Below are positions 28,774 to 38,538 of a stretch of 64,000 nucleotides of DNA, one piece after another. Each line of letters begins with the position of its first letter. The first letter of the stretch is position 1. The stretch lies in the NCBI GenBank assembly GCA_038214755.1, contig JBBQRQ010000004.1:40369-104368 (forward strand), written 5' to 3'. The translations under genes and the position numbers were made by a program. The stretch comes from Verrucomicrobiota bacterium. Lineage in GTDB: Bacteria > Verrucomicrobiota > Verrucomicrobiia > Limisphaerales > CANJXF01. Below the pieces are notes generated by a model. It searched no databases, had not been told where the DNA came from, and worked only from the letters and a program-made list of their open reading frames with translations.

Positions 28774-28792
28774 CTGTGTTCATCCGTGGTTA
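28761..28792. repeat. Right 32-bp arm; contains the aceE stop and the GxxExxY start codon
   Basis: tatccgtgttcatctgtgttcatccgtggtta. Confidence 0.95.
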
Positions 28793-31363
28793 GCTCACTG
28801 AAAGAATTTCGGGAAAAATCTTTTCGGGATTCACGCCCAAATCTTTAATCGCATGGGCGACAATTTGTTTTTCAATCGCGCCTGACTTTGCCAACGCCCA
28901 TAACGTGGCGATCACTGTCGCCTCGGCATCCACTTCAAAAAATCTTCGCAACGCCTGCCGCGTATCACTGCGACCGAACCCGTCTGTTCCCAAAGTCGTT
29001 AAGCCACCGGGAACCCATTGTTGGACCTGATCGGGCACCATTTTCATGGAATCAGAAACGGCGATGAATGGACCTTTTTCATTGGCAAGCAAATTTTCGA
29101 GGTAAGATTTTTTCTGTGGCTCGATTGGATGAAGCATATTCCATCGCTCGACTTTCAACGCGTCGTTGCGCAACGATTTGTAATTCGTCGCGCTCCAAAC
29201 ATCCGCCGACACGTCGTAACGCTCCGCCAAAATTTCCTGCGCTTTCAAAGCAGAGCGAATGATCACGCCGCTCCCGAAAATTTGCGCCTTGTGTTTTTTG
29301 CCGTCGAGACCCGCCTGAAATTTATACAACCCTTTTAAAATCCCTTCCTCCACGCCTTCCGGCAGGGCGGGCATTTGATAGTCTTCGTTGTAAAGCGTGA
29401 TGTAATAAAAAATTTCCTCACCCTTTTCATACATGCGCTTCAAGCCGTCGTGAACGATGACCGCCGTTTCAAAATCAAAAGCAGGATCGTAGGCCAAAAG
29501 ATTTGGCACCGTGCTCGCCATGAGCAAGCTGTGGCCGTCCTCGTGTTGAAGACCTTCGCCGTTGAGCGTCGTGCGGCCGTACGTTGCGCCCAGTAAAAAT
29601 CCTTTCGTGCGGCTGTCGGCCGCGAGCCAGATTTGATCGCCGACGCGCTGAAAACCGAACATCGAATAAAAAATATAAAACGGAATCATGTTCACGCCGT
29701 GGTTGGCGTAAGAAGTTCCCGCCGCCACGAATGAAGAAATGGAGCCCGCTTCGTTGATCCCTTCTTCGAGAATTTGTCCATCGATCGCCTCTCTGAAATA
29801 GGCCGCCGTGCCTGCATCGACGGGGTCATACAATTGTCCTTTGGACGAATAAATTCCGAACTCGGCGAACATCGTGTCCATGCCGAACGTGCGCGCTTCG
29901 TCGGGAATGATTGGAACAACATTGCGGCCAATATTTTTATCGCGCAGCAACGCAACCAGAGTTTGCGTGAAACCTTTCGTCGTCGAGCCGACCCGCGTCG
30001 GTCCAGAGCCTTTCAGCGCGTAGGAGAAACTGCTCAGCGGCGGGATCATCAACGGCGGCGCTTTGACAACGCGTTTCGGAATTGGGCCGCCCAGTTTTTT
30101 CCGCCGCTCCAAAAGATATTTGATGACGTGCGAATCGGATGAGGGACGATAGAAAGGATACTCCGCGATCTCTTCGTCGCTGATGGGAATATCGAAACGA
30201 GTGCGAAAATCGCGCAACTCTTTCTCGTTCATTTTTTTCTGCTGATGCGAAATGTTGCGCCCTTCGCCCGCTTCGCCGAGGCCGTAGCCCTTGACCGTTT
30301 TGGCGAGGATAACCGTCGGTGAACCTTTGTGTTCCACCGCCGCCTGGTAGGCGGCGAAAACTTTTTGCGGATCGTGGCCGCCGCGCGTGAGCTTGCGCAA
30401 TTCCTCGTCGGTCATGTCATTGACGAGTTCGAGCAGCTCGGGATATTTTCCAAAAAAATGGCGGCGAATATAACTGCCCGGCTCGACGGTGTACTTTTGA
30501 TAATCTCCGTCCACACACTCTTCCATTCGCTTGACGAGGAGGCCGGTCTCATCTTTGGCCAGCAGAGCGTCCCAATTGGATCCCCAAATAACTTTGATGA
30601 CGTTCCAGCCCGCGCCGCGAAACGCGCCTTCGAGTTCTTGAATAATTTTTCCGTTGCCGCGAACCGGGCCGTCGAGACGTTGCAAATTGCAATTCACCAC
30701 CCAAATCAAATTGTCCAACTTCTCACGCGAAGCCAGCGTGATGGCGCCGAGACTTTCCGGTTCATCGCTTTCGCCGTCGCCCATGAACATCCAAATCTTC
30801 GGCTCGTTTTCTTTCACTAAAATGCCGCGCGCCTGGAGGTAACGAATGAAGCGCGCTTGATAGAGTGACATGATCGGGCCGAGACCCATCGAGACCGTGG
30901 GAAACTGCCAAAAGTCCGGCATCAAATACGGATGAGGATAAGACGAAAGCCCGCCGCCCTCGGCCAATTCCTGGCGAAAATGTTGCAAATGTTTTTCCGT
31001 CAAACGGCCTTCGAGAAAGGAGCGCGCATAATTTCCCGGAGTGGCGTGGCCTTGAAAATAAATTAAATCCGCCGGCCGTTCGCCCTCGCTCCCGCGGAAA
31101 AAATGGTTGTAGCCAATTTCGTAAAGCGTCGCGCACGACGCAAAACTGGAAATGTGTCCGCCGAGGCCATGCCCCTTGGACTCGCCGTTGACGACCATCG
31201 CCATCGCGTTCCATCTGATGATGCTTTTGATGCGTCGCTCCGTGTCGCGGTCGCCGGGAAACGTCGGCTCATCTTCCGGCGGAATGGTGTTGAGGTATGG
31301 CGTGCGAATCGGATCGCTGTCCGTGTGCGAGGTGATGTCGATGTCGCGTCTCTTGGGTTTCAC
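28790..31363 (-). CDS. aceE: Pyruvate dehydrogenase E1, homodimeric type
   Basis: TPYLNTI, GGHISSFAS, FPTVSMGLGP, GDGESDEPES, GEGLQHEDG; GTG start at 31363 inferred. Confidence 0.95.
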   Translation of the reverse strand: MKPKRRDIDITSHTDSDPIRTPYLNTIPPEDEPTFPGDRDTERRIKSIIRWNAMAMVVNGESKGHGLGGHISSFASCATLYEIGYNHFFRGSEGERPADLIYFQGHATPGNYARSFLEGRLTEKHLQHFRQELAEGGGLSSYPHPYLMPDFWQFPTVSMGLGPIMSLYQARFIRYLQARGILVKENEPKIWMFMGDGESDEPESLGAITLASREKLDNLIWVVNCNLQRLDGPVRGNGKIIQELEGAFRGAGWNVIKVIWGSNWDALLAKDETGLLVKRMEECVDGDYQKYTVEPGSYIRRHFFGKYPELLELVNDMTDEELRKLTRGGHDPQKVFAAYQAAVEHKGSPTVILAKTVKGYGLGEAGEGRNISHQQKKMNEKELRDFRTRFDIPISDEEIAEYPFYRPSSDSHVIKYLLERRKKLGGPIPKRVVKAPPLMIPPLSSFSYALKGSGPTRVGSTTKGFTQTLVALLRDKNIGRNVVPIIPDEARTFGMDTMFAEFGIYSSKGQLYDPVDAGTAAYFREAIDGQILEEGINEAGSISSFVAAGTSYANHGVNMIPFYIFYSMFGFQRVGDQIWLAADSRTKGFLLGATYGRTTLNGEGLQHEDGHSLLMASTVPNLLAYDPAFDFETAVIVHDGLKRMYEKGEEIFYYITLYNEDYQMPALPEGVEEGILKGLYKFQAGLDGKKHKAQIFGSGVIIRSALKAQEILAERYDVSADVWSATNYKSLRNDALKVERWNMLHPIEPQKKSYLENLLANEKGPFIAVSDSMKMVPDQVQQWVPGGLTTLGTDGFGRSDTRQALRRFFEVDAEATVIATLWALAKSGAIEKQIVAHAIKDLGVNPEKIFPEILSVS

Positions 31364-31534
31364 TGTGAAAATCTGCAATCGCCCGGCAAATTTCGTGGCG
31401 AGCAAGGCAGAGTTGTAAATTGGACAACCGAGTCAGCCAACTTATTTTTTGGGAATTCTTTTTCTTTTCGCTCTTAGTTTTGTTGGGAATGGAAATTACC
31501 ATTGGCAGTACGATAAAAACGAATCAACCACTCA

Positions 31535-32248
31535 ATGAAATTTCTAGACCTGACTTTCCCCACGCCTGCGGAAAATCTCGCCGCGGATGAGGCGCTGCTC
31601 GACTTGAGCGAAGAAACGGGCGCGCCGGAAATTTTGCGTGTTTGGGAACCGACCGAATATTTCGTGGTCGTCGGCTACGCCAACAAAGTGAACAGCGAAG
31701 TGGACACGGCGGCTTGTCGCGCCAAAGGAATTCCAATTTTCCGCCGGTGCAGTGGCGGCGGAGCGGTGGTGCAAGGGCCGGGCTGTTTGAATTACTCCTT
31801 GGTTTTGAATTTTGCAGAAAACCCTTCGCTCCAAACCATCACGCAGACCAACCGTTTCGTCATGCAACGTCATCGCGGATTGTTCGAGTCGCTGTTGCAA
31901 CGACCCGTTACGATAGAGGGTCACACCGACTTGGCGATGGGACACTTAAAATTTTCCGGCAACGCCCAACGTCGCAAGAAAAAATTTCTCCTGTTTCACG
32001 GAACCTTCCTGCTCGATTTTGACATCTCATTAATCGAGGAACTTCTCAAAATGCCATCCCGCCAGCCGGCCTATCGCGAAAGCCGCTCGCACAAAAATTT
32101 TCTGGTAAATCTTGGCCGACCCGCGACGGAGGTGAAACTGGCTTTGCGCCAACTTTGGGGAGCCTCGAAAAGTTTAGGGCAACTTCCTGATTTTTCAGAA
32201 TCGATCACCCGCAAATATCGCAGCCACCAGTGGAACAAAAAATTTTGA
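31535..32248 (+). CDS. Lipoate-protein ligase A family protein
   Basis: NLAADEALL, RRCSGGGAV, KFSGNAQ, HGTFL; divergent from the PDH genes. Confidence 0.9.
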   Translation: MKFLDLTFPTPAENLAADEALLDLSEETGAPEILRVWEPTEYFVVVGYANKVNSEVDTAACRAKGIPIFRRCSGGGAVVQGPGCLNYSLVLNFAENPSLQTITQTNRFVMQRHRGLFESLLQRPVTIEGHTDLAMGHLKFSGNAQRRKKKFLLFHGTFLLDFDISLIEELLKMPSRQPAYRESRSHKNFLVNLGRPATEVKLALRQLWGASKSLGQLPDFSESITRKYRSHQWNKKF

Positions 32249-32403
32249 AAACACGGAGAAAAAAATGACTGCCTCCCAAAGCGCAACCAAACACTTCAAG
32301 AGGCAGCCAGGTTTTTCCCCCAAACAGGATTGATCTTCTGTGGCAAAAATTTTTCTGCCATCAGGGTGTCTCCGTTTTTTTCTTCCGGCAGACACCGGGG
32401 TTT

Positions 32404-32668
32404 AAATCCGAATTCCGAAATCCGAGACCCGAAAGAAATCCGAAGACCGAAAGTGCCGCGGCATACGGTGGGTGGCAAAGTACTTTTCTGACTGGCGGCT
32501 GGAAGCCGCCGCAATCCCGCGCGCGGGACTGGAAGCGTGCGCTACAGTTCGTAGCGCAAGCACCCTTGCCTGCAAGTTACTGAGGCTGCCAGCTTCGTGC
32601 CGGAAAGTTATTTTTCGTATTCGGATTTCGGACTTCTTTCGGATTTCGGGTATTCGGATTTCGGATTT
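32404..32668. repeat. Inverted AAATCCG heptamer arms enclosing degenerate GTAG-type REP units
   Basis: Arms at 32404-32451 and 32612-32668; inner gcgctac-agttc-gtagcgc. Confidence 0.85.
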
Positions 32669-32755
32669 CAGCTTAATGACCGAACACGCCCCGACATTTT
32701 CCCCGCGGCATTGAAGTTAGTTGAATTCCCCGACGCCCTTCGCCATTGTCGTTTC

Positions 32756-34318
32756 ATGGATCAACTCGATCAATTGGATGAACTGCTCACCTGCCGTTTG
32801 GATTTCGGGCGCAAAACGGTCGAGCCATGTTCAATTGTAATTTTTGGCGCGAGCGGCGATCTGACGGCGCGAAAACTCATCCCTGCGCTCTATCATCTCT
32901 TCTGCGAAAAACAATTGCCCAATCCCGTTCGCATCATTGGTTTTGCCCGGCGTGAGAAATCCGACGCCAGTTTTCGCGACGAGTTGAAAGCCGATTTGGA
33001 AAAATATTCGCGCACAAAAAAAGTTGATCCGGCGCAGTGGGAATCTTTCGCGGCCAATGTGTTTTATTGCCAGGGAGAGTTTTCCGACATCGAGGCTTAT
33101 CACAAATTGGAACAGCAACTAACCGGTTTCGGAAATGAGTTGTTGCGGCGGAACCTGCTTTTTTATCTCTCCACTTCGCCCAGCCAATTCGCCGAAGTGG
33201 CTGAGCATTTGCACAAGTCCGGTCTGCTGCATCGCGAGGAAAATAAAAAAAACTGGCAGCGCGTGGTCGTCGAGAAACCGTTTGGCCACGACCTCGCTTC
33301 CGCCCAGCAACTCAACGCCGAGTTGACCCGCTTTGCTTTTGAAAAACAAATTTTTCGCATCGACCACTATCTCGGCAAAGAGACGGTGCAAAATATTTTG
33401 ATGTTCCGTTTTTCCAACGCGATTTTTGAGCAGCTCTGGAATCGGCAGGCAGTCGAACAAGTGCAAATCACCGTCGGAGAAAAATTGGGCGTCGGCGGGC
33501 GCGGCGGTTATTACGAAGAGGCCGGCGCGTTGCGCGACATGGTGCAAAATCATTTGTTGCAAGTGCTCGCTCTTGTGGCCATGGAGCCGCCGGTCTCGCT
33601 GGAAGCCGAATCCGTCCGCGATGAAAAAGTAAAATTGCTGAAATCAATTCGTCCGCTCCATCCCAGCCAGGTCGCCGGCAACGTCGTTCGCGGGCAATAC
33701 ACCGCCGGAGAAATCGAAGGGCAAAAGCGCATCGCCTACCGCAGCGAAGTAAAAGTGAAACCCGATTCCAACACCGAAACTTTCGTCGCAATGCGGACGT
33801 TGATCGACAACTGGCGTTGGTCGGGCGTGCCGTTTTATTTGCGCACTGGAAAAAGTCTGCCGATGAGCGCGAGTGAAGTGCGGATTCAATTTCGACCGAC
33901 TCCGAATGTGTTGTTCGCCGCGCAATGCGGAACGCGACTCGATTCCAACGCGATCACTTTGCGCTTGCAGCCCAACGAAGGAATTTTTCTTCGCTTCAAC
34001 GGAAAAGTTCCCGGCACGAGTCAGGAGATTCGTCCGGTGCGAATGCACTTCGATTACGATTCCGAATTCGGCGCCTACACGCCGGAAGCCTACGAACGCT
34101 TGCTGCTCGAAGTGCTGGCCGGCGACGCCACGCTTTTCATCCGACGCGACGAAGTTGAAACCGCGTGGGGCATCGTCGATCCGATTCGTGAGTCGTGGAA
34201 AAATCTCCCGCTGACCGAGCGCGAATTTTATCCCGCGGGAACGTGGGGACCTGTCGCCGCCGACGAACTCCTCGCGCAACGCGGCCACAAATGGCGCAAG
34301 CCGCATCCCGTCACGTGA
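32756..34318 (+). CDS. zwf: Glucose-6-phosphate 1-dehydrogenase
   Basis: [38 protein letters not shown]. Confidence 0.97.
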   Translation: MDQLDQLDELLTCRLDFGRKTVEPCSIVIFGASGDLTARKLIPALYHLFCEKQLPNPVRIIGFARREKSDASFRDELKADLEKYSRTKKVDPAQWESFAANVFYCQGEFSDIEAYHKLEQQLTGFGNELLRRNLLFYLSTSPSQFAEVAEHLHKSGLLHREENKKNWQRVVVEKPFGHDLASAQQLNAELTRFAFEKQIFRIDHYLGKETVQNILMFRFSNAIFEQLWNRQAVEQVQITVGEKLGVGGRGGYYEEAGALRDMVQNHLLQVLALVAMEPPVSLEAESVRDEKVKLLKSIRPLHPSQVAGNVVRGQYTAGEIEGQKRIAYRSEVKVKPDSNTETFVAMRTLIDNWRWSGVPFYLRTGKSLPMSASEVRIQFRPTPNVLFAAQCGTRLDSNAITLRLQPNEGIFLRFNGKVPGTSQEIRPVRMHFDYDSEFGAYTPEAYERLLLEVLAGDATLFIRRDEVETAWGIVDPIRESWKNLPLTEREFYPAGTWGPVAADELLAQRGHKWRKPHPVT

Positions 34319-34333
34319 TTTTTTTTACAACTC

Positions 34334-34412
34334 GTAGCCGCCGACGTGAGAAGGTGGATCGGTTTTCAAACAAGTTAAAATAATTCGTCCGCCTCCTCAC
34401 GTCGGCGGCTAC
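34334..34412. repeat. REP doublet, family C
   Basis: gtagccgccgacgtgagaaggtgga ... tccgcctcctcacgtcggcggctac. Confidence 0.9.
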
Positions 34413-34427
34413 TCCGTTCGCAATGCA

Positions 34428-35138
34428 ATGAGTCACTTCGAACTAAAAAATTTTGGAAATAGCGGCAAACTGGCTCAAGCAGTAGCGGAAGCATGGCTGG
34501 AGATTGTTGAACAGTCCCATCGGCAAAGCATTGCGCACACCGTTGCTCTTTCCGGCGGACGAATCGCTGCGGAGTTGTTTGTCCAAACTGCCGCCCAAAG
34601 TAGGGCCAAAGAAATTTCGCTCGGGCATGTTGATTTTTTTTGGTCGGACGAACGCTGCGTTTCTCCCGACGATCCGGTAAGCAATTTTGCGTTGGCCAAT
34701 CATGTGTTGGCTTTGCAAAAAATCCCTTCCGAGAAAATCCATCGGCTTCGTGGCGAACTCGATCCCGCCATCGCAGTGGCCGAAGCCAATGCCGAAATTT
34801 TCAAAACTATTTCACGAACAAAAAATGGATTGCCCGTGTTGGATATTGTTTTTCTTGGCGTCGGCCCGGATGGGCACGTCGCCTCGTTGTTTCCCAACGC
34901 CTCAGTCGATGTCATGGGTTGTCAGTCGCCATTTCTTTTCATCGACAATTCGCCCAAGCCACCGCCCCGCCGCATCACGTTGAGTTACGCCGCCATCGCC
35001 GTCGCCAAAGAAGTTTGGATTCTCGTTTCGGGCGAGGGAAAGGAGCGCGTCTTAACCGAGGCACTGACCGAGCGTGGCCAAACGCCGCTCGCCCGCGTTC
35101 TTCAATCCCGGACGGACACAAAAATTTTCACCGACTGA
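34428..35138 (+). CDS. pgl: 6-phosphogluconolactonase
   Basis: ALSGG, WSDERCV, LGVGPDGHVASLFP, SPKPPPRRIT; follows zwf. Confidence 0.93.
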   Translation: MSHFELKNFGNSGKLAQAVAEAWLEIVEQSHRQSIAHTVALSGGRIAAELFVQTAAQSRAKEISLGHVDFFWSDERCVSPDDPVSNFALANHVLALQKIPSEKIHRLRGELDPAIAVAEANAEIFKTISRTKNGLPVLDIVFLGVGPDGHVASLFPNASVDVMGCQSPFLFIDNSPKPPPRRITLSYAAIAVAKEVWILVSGEGKERVLTEALTERGQTPLARVLQSRTDTKIFTD

Positions 35139-35157
35139 AAATCAACGTGGAAAATCA

Positions 35158-36189
35158 ATGACGCTGCTCGCCTTTGAAACCTCCTGTGACGAGACGAGCG
35201 TCGCCGTCATTCGTGACGGAACGGTTTTGGCAAATTTGGTTTCGTCACAAATCGCTCTCCATTCTGAATACGGCGGCGTTGTTCCCGAACTCGCCACACG
35301 CGAACACCTCCGGAATTTATTGCCTCTCTCCCGCACCGCATTGCAGGAGGTAAATCTTTCTTCCTCGCAGCTCGACGCCGTCGCCGCGACGCGCGGCCCG
35401 GGTTTGCCCAGCGCGTTGATGATCGGTTTGAAAGCAGCGCAAGCATTGGCATTCGCACTGCGAAAACCGTTTATCGGAATCCATCATCACGAAGCACATC
35501 TTTATTCGCCGTGGATTTCTGGAACCCCACCACATGCAAATTTTGAAAATCTGGAGCCGAACGTTTCTCTGATCGTCAGCGGCGGACACACGATGTTGGT
35601 TCACGTCAAAAGCGAATTAGATCACCAACTTCTCGGCGAAACGGTCGATGACGCGGCGGGCGAATGCTTCGATAAAGTTGGCAAGCTAATCGGATTGCCG
35701 TATCCCGGCGGCCCGGAAATCGACCGTTTCGCCGAGCATGGAAATCCAAAAGCGCACGATTTTCCTCGTCCAATGATTCACGAGACCCATCACGATTTTA
35801 GTTTTTCCGGATTGAAAACATCCGTGCGTTATTTCCTGGAAAAAAATCCTGCCCTGCTCAATCACCGGCAGAAAATTTGTAATCTCTGTGCCAGCGTTCA
35901 AGCCGCGATTGTCGATGTGCTTGTCGTGAAAACAATTCGTGCCGCGATAAAATTGGGCGTGAAATGTGTGACGGCATCCGGCGGCGTCACCTGCAACGGC
36001 GCTCTACGGAGAGAGCTTTCTCTCGCCTGCGAAAAAAATGGTTTCACGCTGCGGCTCGCCGAAAGAAATCTTTGCACCGACAACGCCGCCATGATCGGGA
36101 TTCTCGCCGAAAGAAAATTATTAAATGGAGTCGAACCCACTTCGCTCGATGCAGAAATTCAAACCAATTGGGCTTGGTCCGTCGCGTAG
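35158..36189 (+). CDS. tsaD: tRNA threonylcarbamoyladenosine biosynthesis protein TsaD
   Basis: ETSCDET, GGVVPELA, HHHEAH, VSGGHT, DDAAGECFDK, TDNAAMI. Confidence 0.96.
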   Translation: MTLLAFETSCDETSVAVIRDGTVLANLVSSQIALHSEYGGVVPELATREHLRNLLPLSRTALQEVNLSSSQLDAVAATRGPGLPSALMIGLKAAQALAFALRKPFIGIHHHEAHLYSPWISGTPPHANFENLEPNVSLIVSGGHTMLVHVKSELDHQLLGETVDDAAGECFDKVGKLIGLPYPGGPEIDRFAEHGNPKAHDFPRPMIHETHHDFSFSGLKTSVRYFLEKNPALLNHRQKICNLCASVQAAIVDVLVVKTIRAAIKLGVKCVTASGGVTCNGALRRELSLACEKNGFTLRLAERNLCTDNAAMIGILAERKLLNGVEPTSLDAEIQTNWAWSVA

Positions 36190-36227
36190 GATGTTCTGTT
36201 TACTCCCTTGGGTCAAATGAGGTTCGT

Positions 36228-37391
36228 TTACAAATCGAGTCTCGTCCATTTCGCGTTGGCTTTGGACGACTTGACCACCGCTTCGATGAACGCCATGCCG
36301 CGAACGCCATCCTCGATTTTTGGAAAATCATTGGCCGCGTCCTCTTTCGCGAGCTTCCGGTTTTCTTCACGCGCGCGAATAGCGTTGGCAAAATTTTTGT
36401 AAATATTGGCGAACGCTTCGAGGTAACCTTCCGGATGCGCCGGCGGGGTGCGGCTGGCTGCTTTCGCCGCGTCGCCCAGATAACCTTGGGCGGCGCGATA
36501 AATTTGCATCGGTTGGTCTGGCCATTTTAGGAGCATGGAGTTGGGTTCTTTCTGATGCCACTCGAGGCTTCCTTTTTCGCCGTAAATGCGAATGTTCAAA
36601 TTGTTTTCTTCGCCGATGCTGATTTGCGATGCGTGCAAAATCCCTTTCGCGCCTCCTTCAAAACGGAGCAACACATTGACATCATCATCGAGTTTTCTTC
36701 CACCGACAAAAGTGGTGATGTCGGCCGCGAGTTCTTTAATTTTTAGCCCGGTCATGTACTCGGCCAGATTTTCCGCGTGCGTGCCGATGTCGCCCACGCA
36801 ACCGCCCGCGCCGCTTTTTTTTGGGTCGGTGCGCCAGCCCGCTTGTTTTTGGCCGGAACCTTCGAGACGCGTCGCGAGCCAGCCTTGCGGATATTCCGCG
36901 ATCACTTTGCGCACCTTGCCGAGCGTGCCGGTACGAATCATTTCACGCGCTTGTTTGACGAGAGGATAGCCTGTGTAGTTGTGCGTCAAGCCGTAGAGCA
37001 GACCGGTCGCCTTGACCAGTTGCGCAATTTTTTTTGCTTCAGCGAGATTGAACGTCGCCGGCTTATCGCTCAAAACGTGAAAGCCATTTTCCAGCGCCAT
37101 TTTCGCCGGAGAAAAGTGCATGTGATTGGGCGTGACGATGGAAACAAAATCCATTCGTTGTTCGCGGGGCAATTTTGTTTCGGCTCTGATCATTTCCTGA
37201 AACGTGCCGTAGCAACGTTCGGGCGGGAGAAATAAATCCGCGCCGCTGGCTTGGCTGCGCTCAGGTTCGGAACTGAACGCGCCGCACACCAGTTCGATCT
37301 GTTGATCCATCGCCGCCGCGATCCGATGCACCGCGCCGATGAACGCGCCGCGCCCGCCGCCGACCATGCCGTAACGAATTTTTCTGCTCAT
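36228..37391 (-). CDS. Gfo/Idh/MocA family oxidoreductase
   Basis: GMVGGGRGAFIG, VTPNHMH, DKP, DIGTH. Confidence 0.92.
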   Translation of the reverse strand: MSRKIRYGMVGGGRGAFIGAVHRIAAAMDQQIELVCGAFSSEPERSQASGADLFLPPERCYGTFQEMIRAETKLPREQRMDFVSIVTPNHMHFSPAKMALENGFHVLSDKPATFNLAEAKKIAQLVKATGLLYGLTHNYTGYPLVKQAREMIRTGTLGKVRKVIAEYPQGWLATRLEGSGQKQAGWRTDPKKSGAGGCVGDIGTHAENLAEYMTGLKIKELAADITTFVGGRKLDDDVNVLLRFEGGAKGILHASQISIGEENNLNIRIYGEKGSLEWHQKEPNSMLLKWPDQPMQIYRAAQGYLGDAAKAASRTPPAHPEGYLEAFANIYKNFANAIRAREENRKLAKEDAANDFPKIEDGVRGMAFIEAVVKSSKANAKWTRLDL

Positions 37392-37474
37392 AGTTTCCAA
37401 AGTAAAAGTTGAATTGTCTGCGACGCGGACTTTATCTTGCGCCCGTTTTTCAAGTCAACGAGTCTTGTTCCGAT

Positions 37475-38512
37475 ATGTTTACCGCCGCCGATCTTGCCAG
37501 CGAATTGAAGGGAGAAGTGATCGGAGACAGTTGCGTTAAAATCTGTGGATTCGCTCCGGCCGCTTTCGCGAAACCCGGTGATTTGACTTTCGCGGAGAAT
37601 GAAAAATTTTTTCTGGCAGCAGAACAAAGCGCGGCCTCGGCCATCCTGATCGACGGTGATTTTCACTCGACCGAAAAAGTTTTAATTCGAGTGAAAAATG
37701 CGCGGATCGCCTTTGCCAAAGTTCTGCCGCTATTTTTTCCAGAACAAAAGTTTGAGGCGGGGATTCATTCGAGCGCGGTCATTCATCCTTCCGCGCAAAT
37801 TGATCCCAGCGTCCATCTTGGCGCGCAGTGCGTCGTGGGTGCGAAAGTAAAAATTGGCGCGCGAACGATTCTCGAAGGAGGAACTCACGTCTCAGCGGAA
37901 TCGACGATTGGCGACGACGTCCGCATTTTTCCAAACGTCACGATGTATCGTCGGACACAAATTGGAAACCGCGTGAGGATTCATTCTGGAACGGTGATCG
38001 GCTCCGACGGGTTCGGATATGTTTTTGATTCCGGCTTTCACCGGAAAATTCCGCAGACGGGAAATGTGGTGATTGCCGATGATGTTGAAATTGGCGCCAA
38101 CGTGACGATTGATCGCGGCGCGCTCGGCCCGACCACGATTGGGAAAGGCACGAAAATTGATAACCTCGTTCAAATCGGACACAACGTGACCATTGGGGAA
38201 CATTGTTTGATTATCGCGCAAACGGGAATTTCTGGAAGCACCCAACTCGGTGACTATGTGACGGTCGCCGGGCAAGCCGGAATTGCCGGCCATTTGAAAA
38301 TTGGCAATCGCGCGACCATTGCCGGAAAATCCGGGATCATGTTTGACATCGCGGATGGAGAAAAATGGTTTGGCAGTCCTATCGCCGCCAAGGACCGCGA
38401 GATGAAACGGCAACTGCTGGCGGCACAACAATTGCCGGAATTACTCAAACGAGTGAGGGCGTTAGAAAAAAAATTAGAGAGCGCTTCAACCGGATTCGCA
38501 TCGGACCGTTAA
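37475..38512 (+). CDS. lpxD: UDP-3-O-acylglucosamine N-acyltransferase
   Basis: Hexapeptide repeats, [23 protein letters not shown]. Confidence 0.93.
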   Translation: MFTAADLASELKGEVIGDSCVKICGFAPAAFAKPGDLTFAENEKFFLAAEQSAASAILIDGDFHSTEKVLIRVKNARIAFAKVLPLFFPEQKFEAGIHSSAVIHPSAQIDPSVHLGAQCVVGAKVKIGARTILEGGTHVSAESTIGDDVRIFPNVTMYRRTQIGNRVRIHSGTVIGSDGFGYVFDSGFHRKIPQTGNVVIADDVEIGANVTIDRGALGPTTIGKGTKIDNLVQIGHNVTIGEHCLIIAQTGISGSTQLGDYVTVAGQAGIAGHLKIGNRATIAGKSGIMFDIADGEKWFGSPIAAKDREMKRQLLAAQQLPELLKRVRALEKKLESASTGFASDR

Positions 38513-38538
38513 ATCTGCGATTACTTCGCCCCGATTTT

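Noticed and set aside
31269..31502. Frameshifted AceE N-terminus (ETQETR in another frame)
   Set aside because: The following Trp/Leu helix pattern is absent; the match is too short to support a frameshift.
32597..32755. N-terminal extension of Zwf (SDFG repeats)
   Set aside because: It is a translation of the heptamer arm; the ATG at 32756 fits the family.
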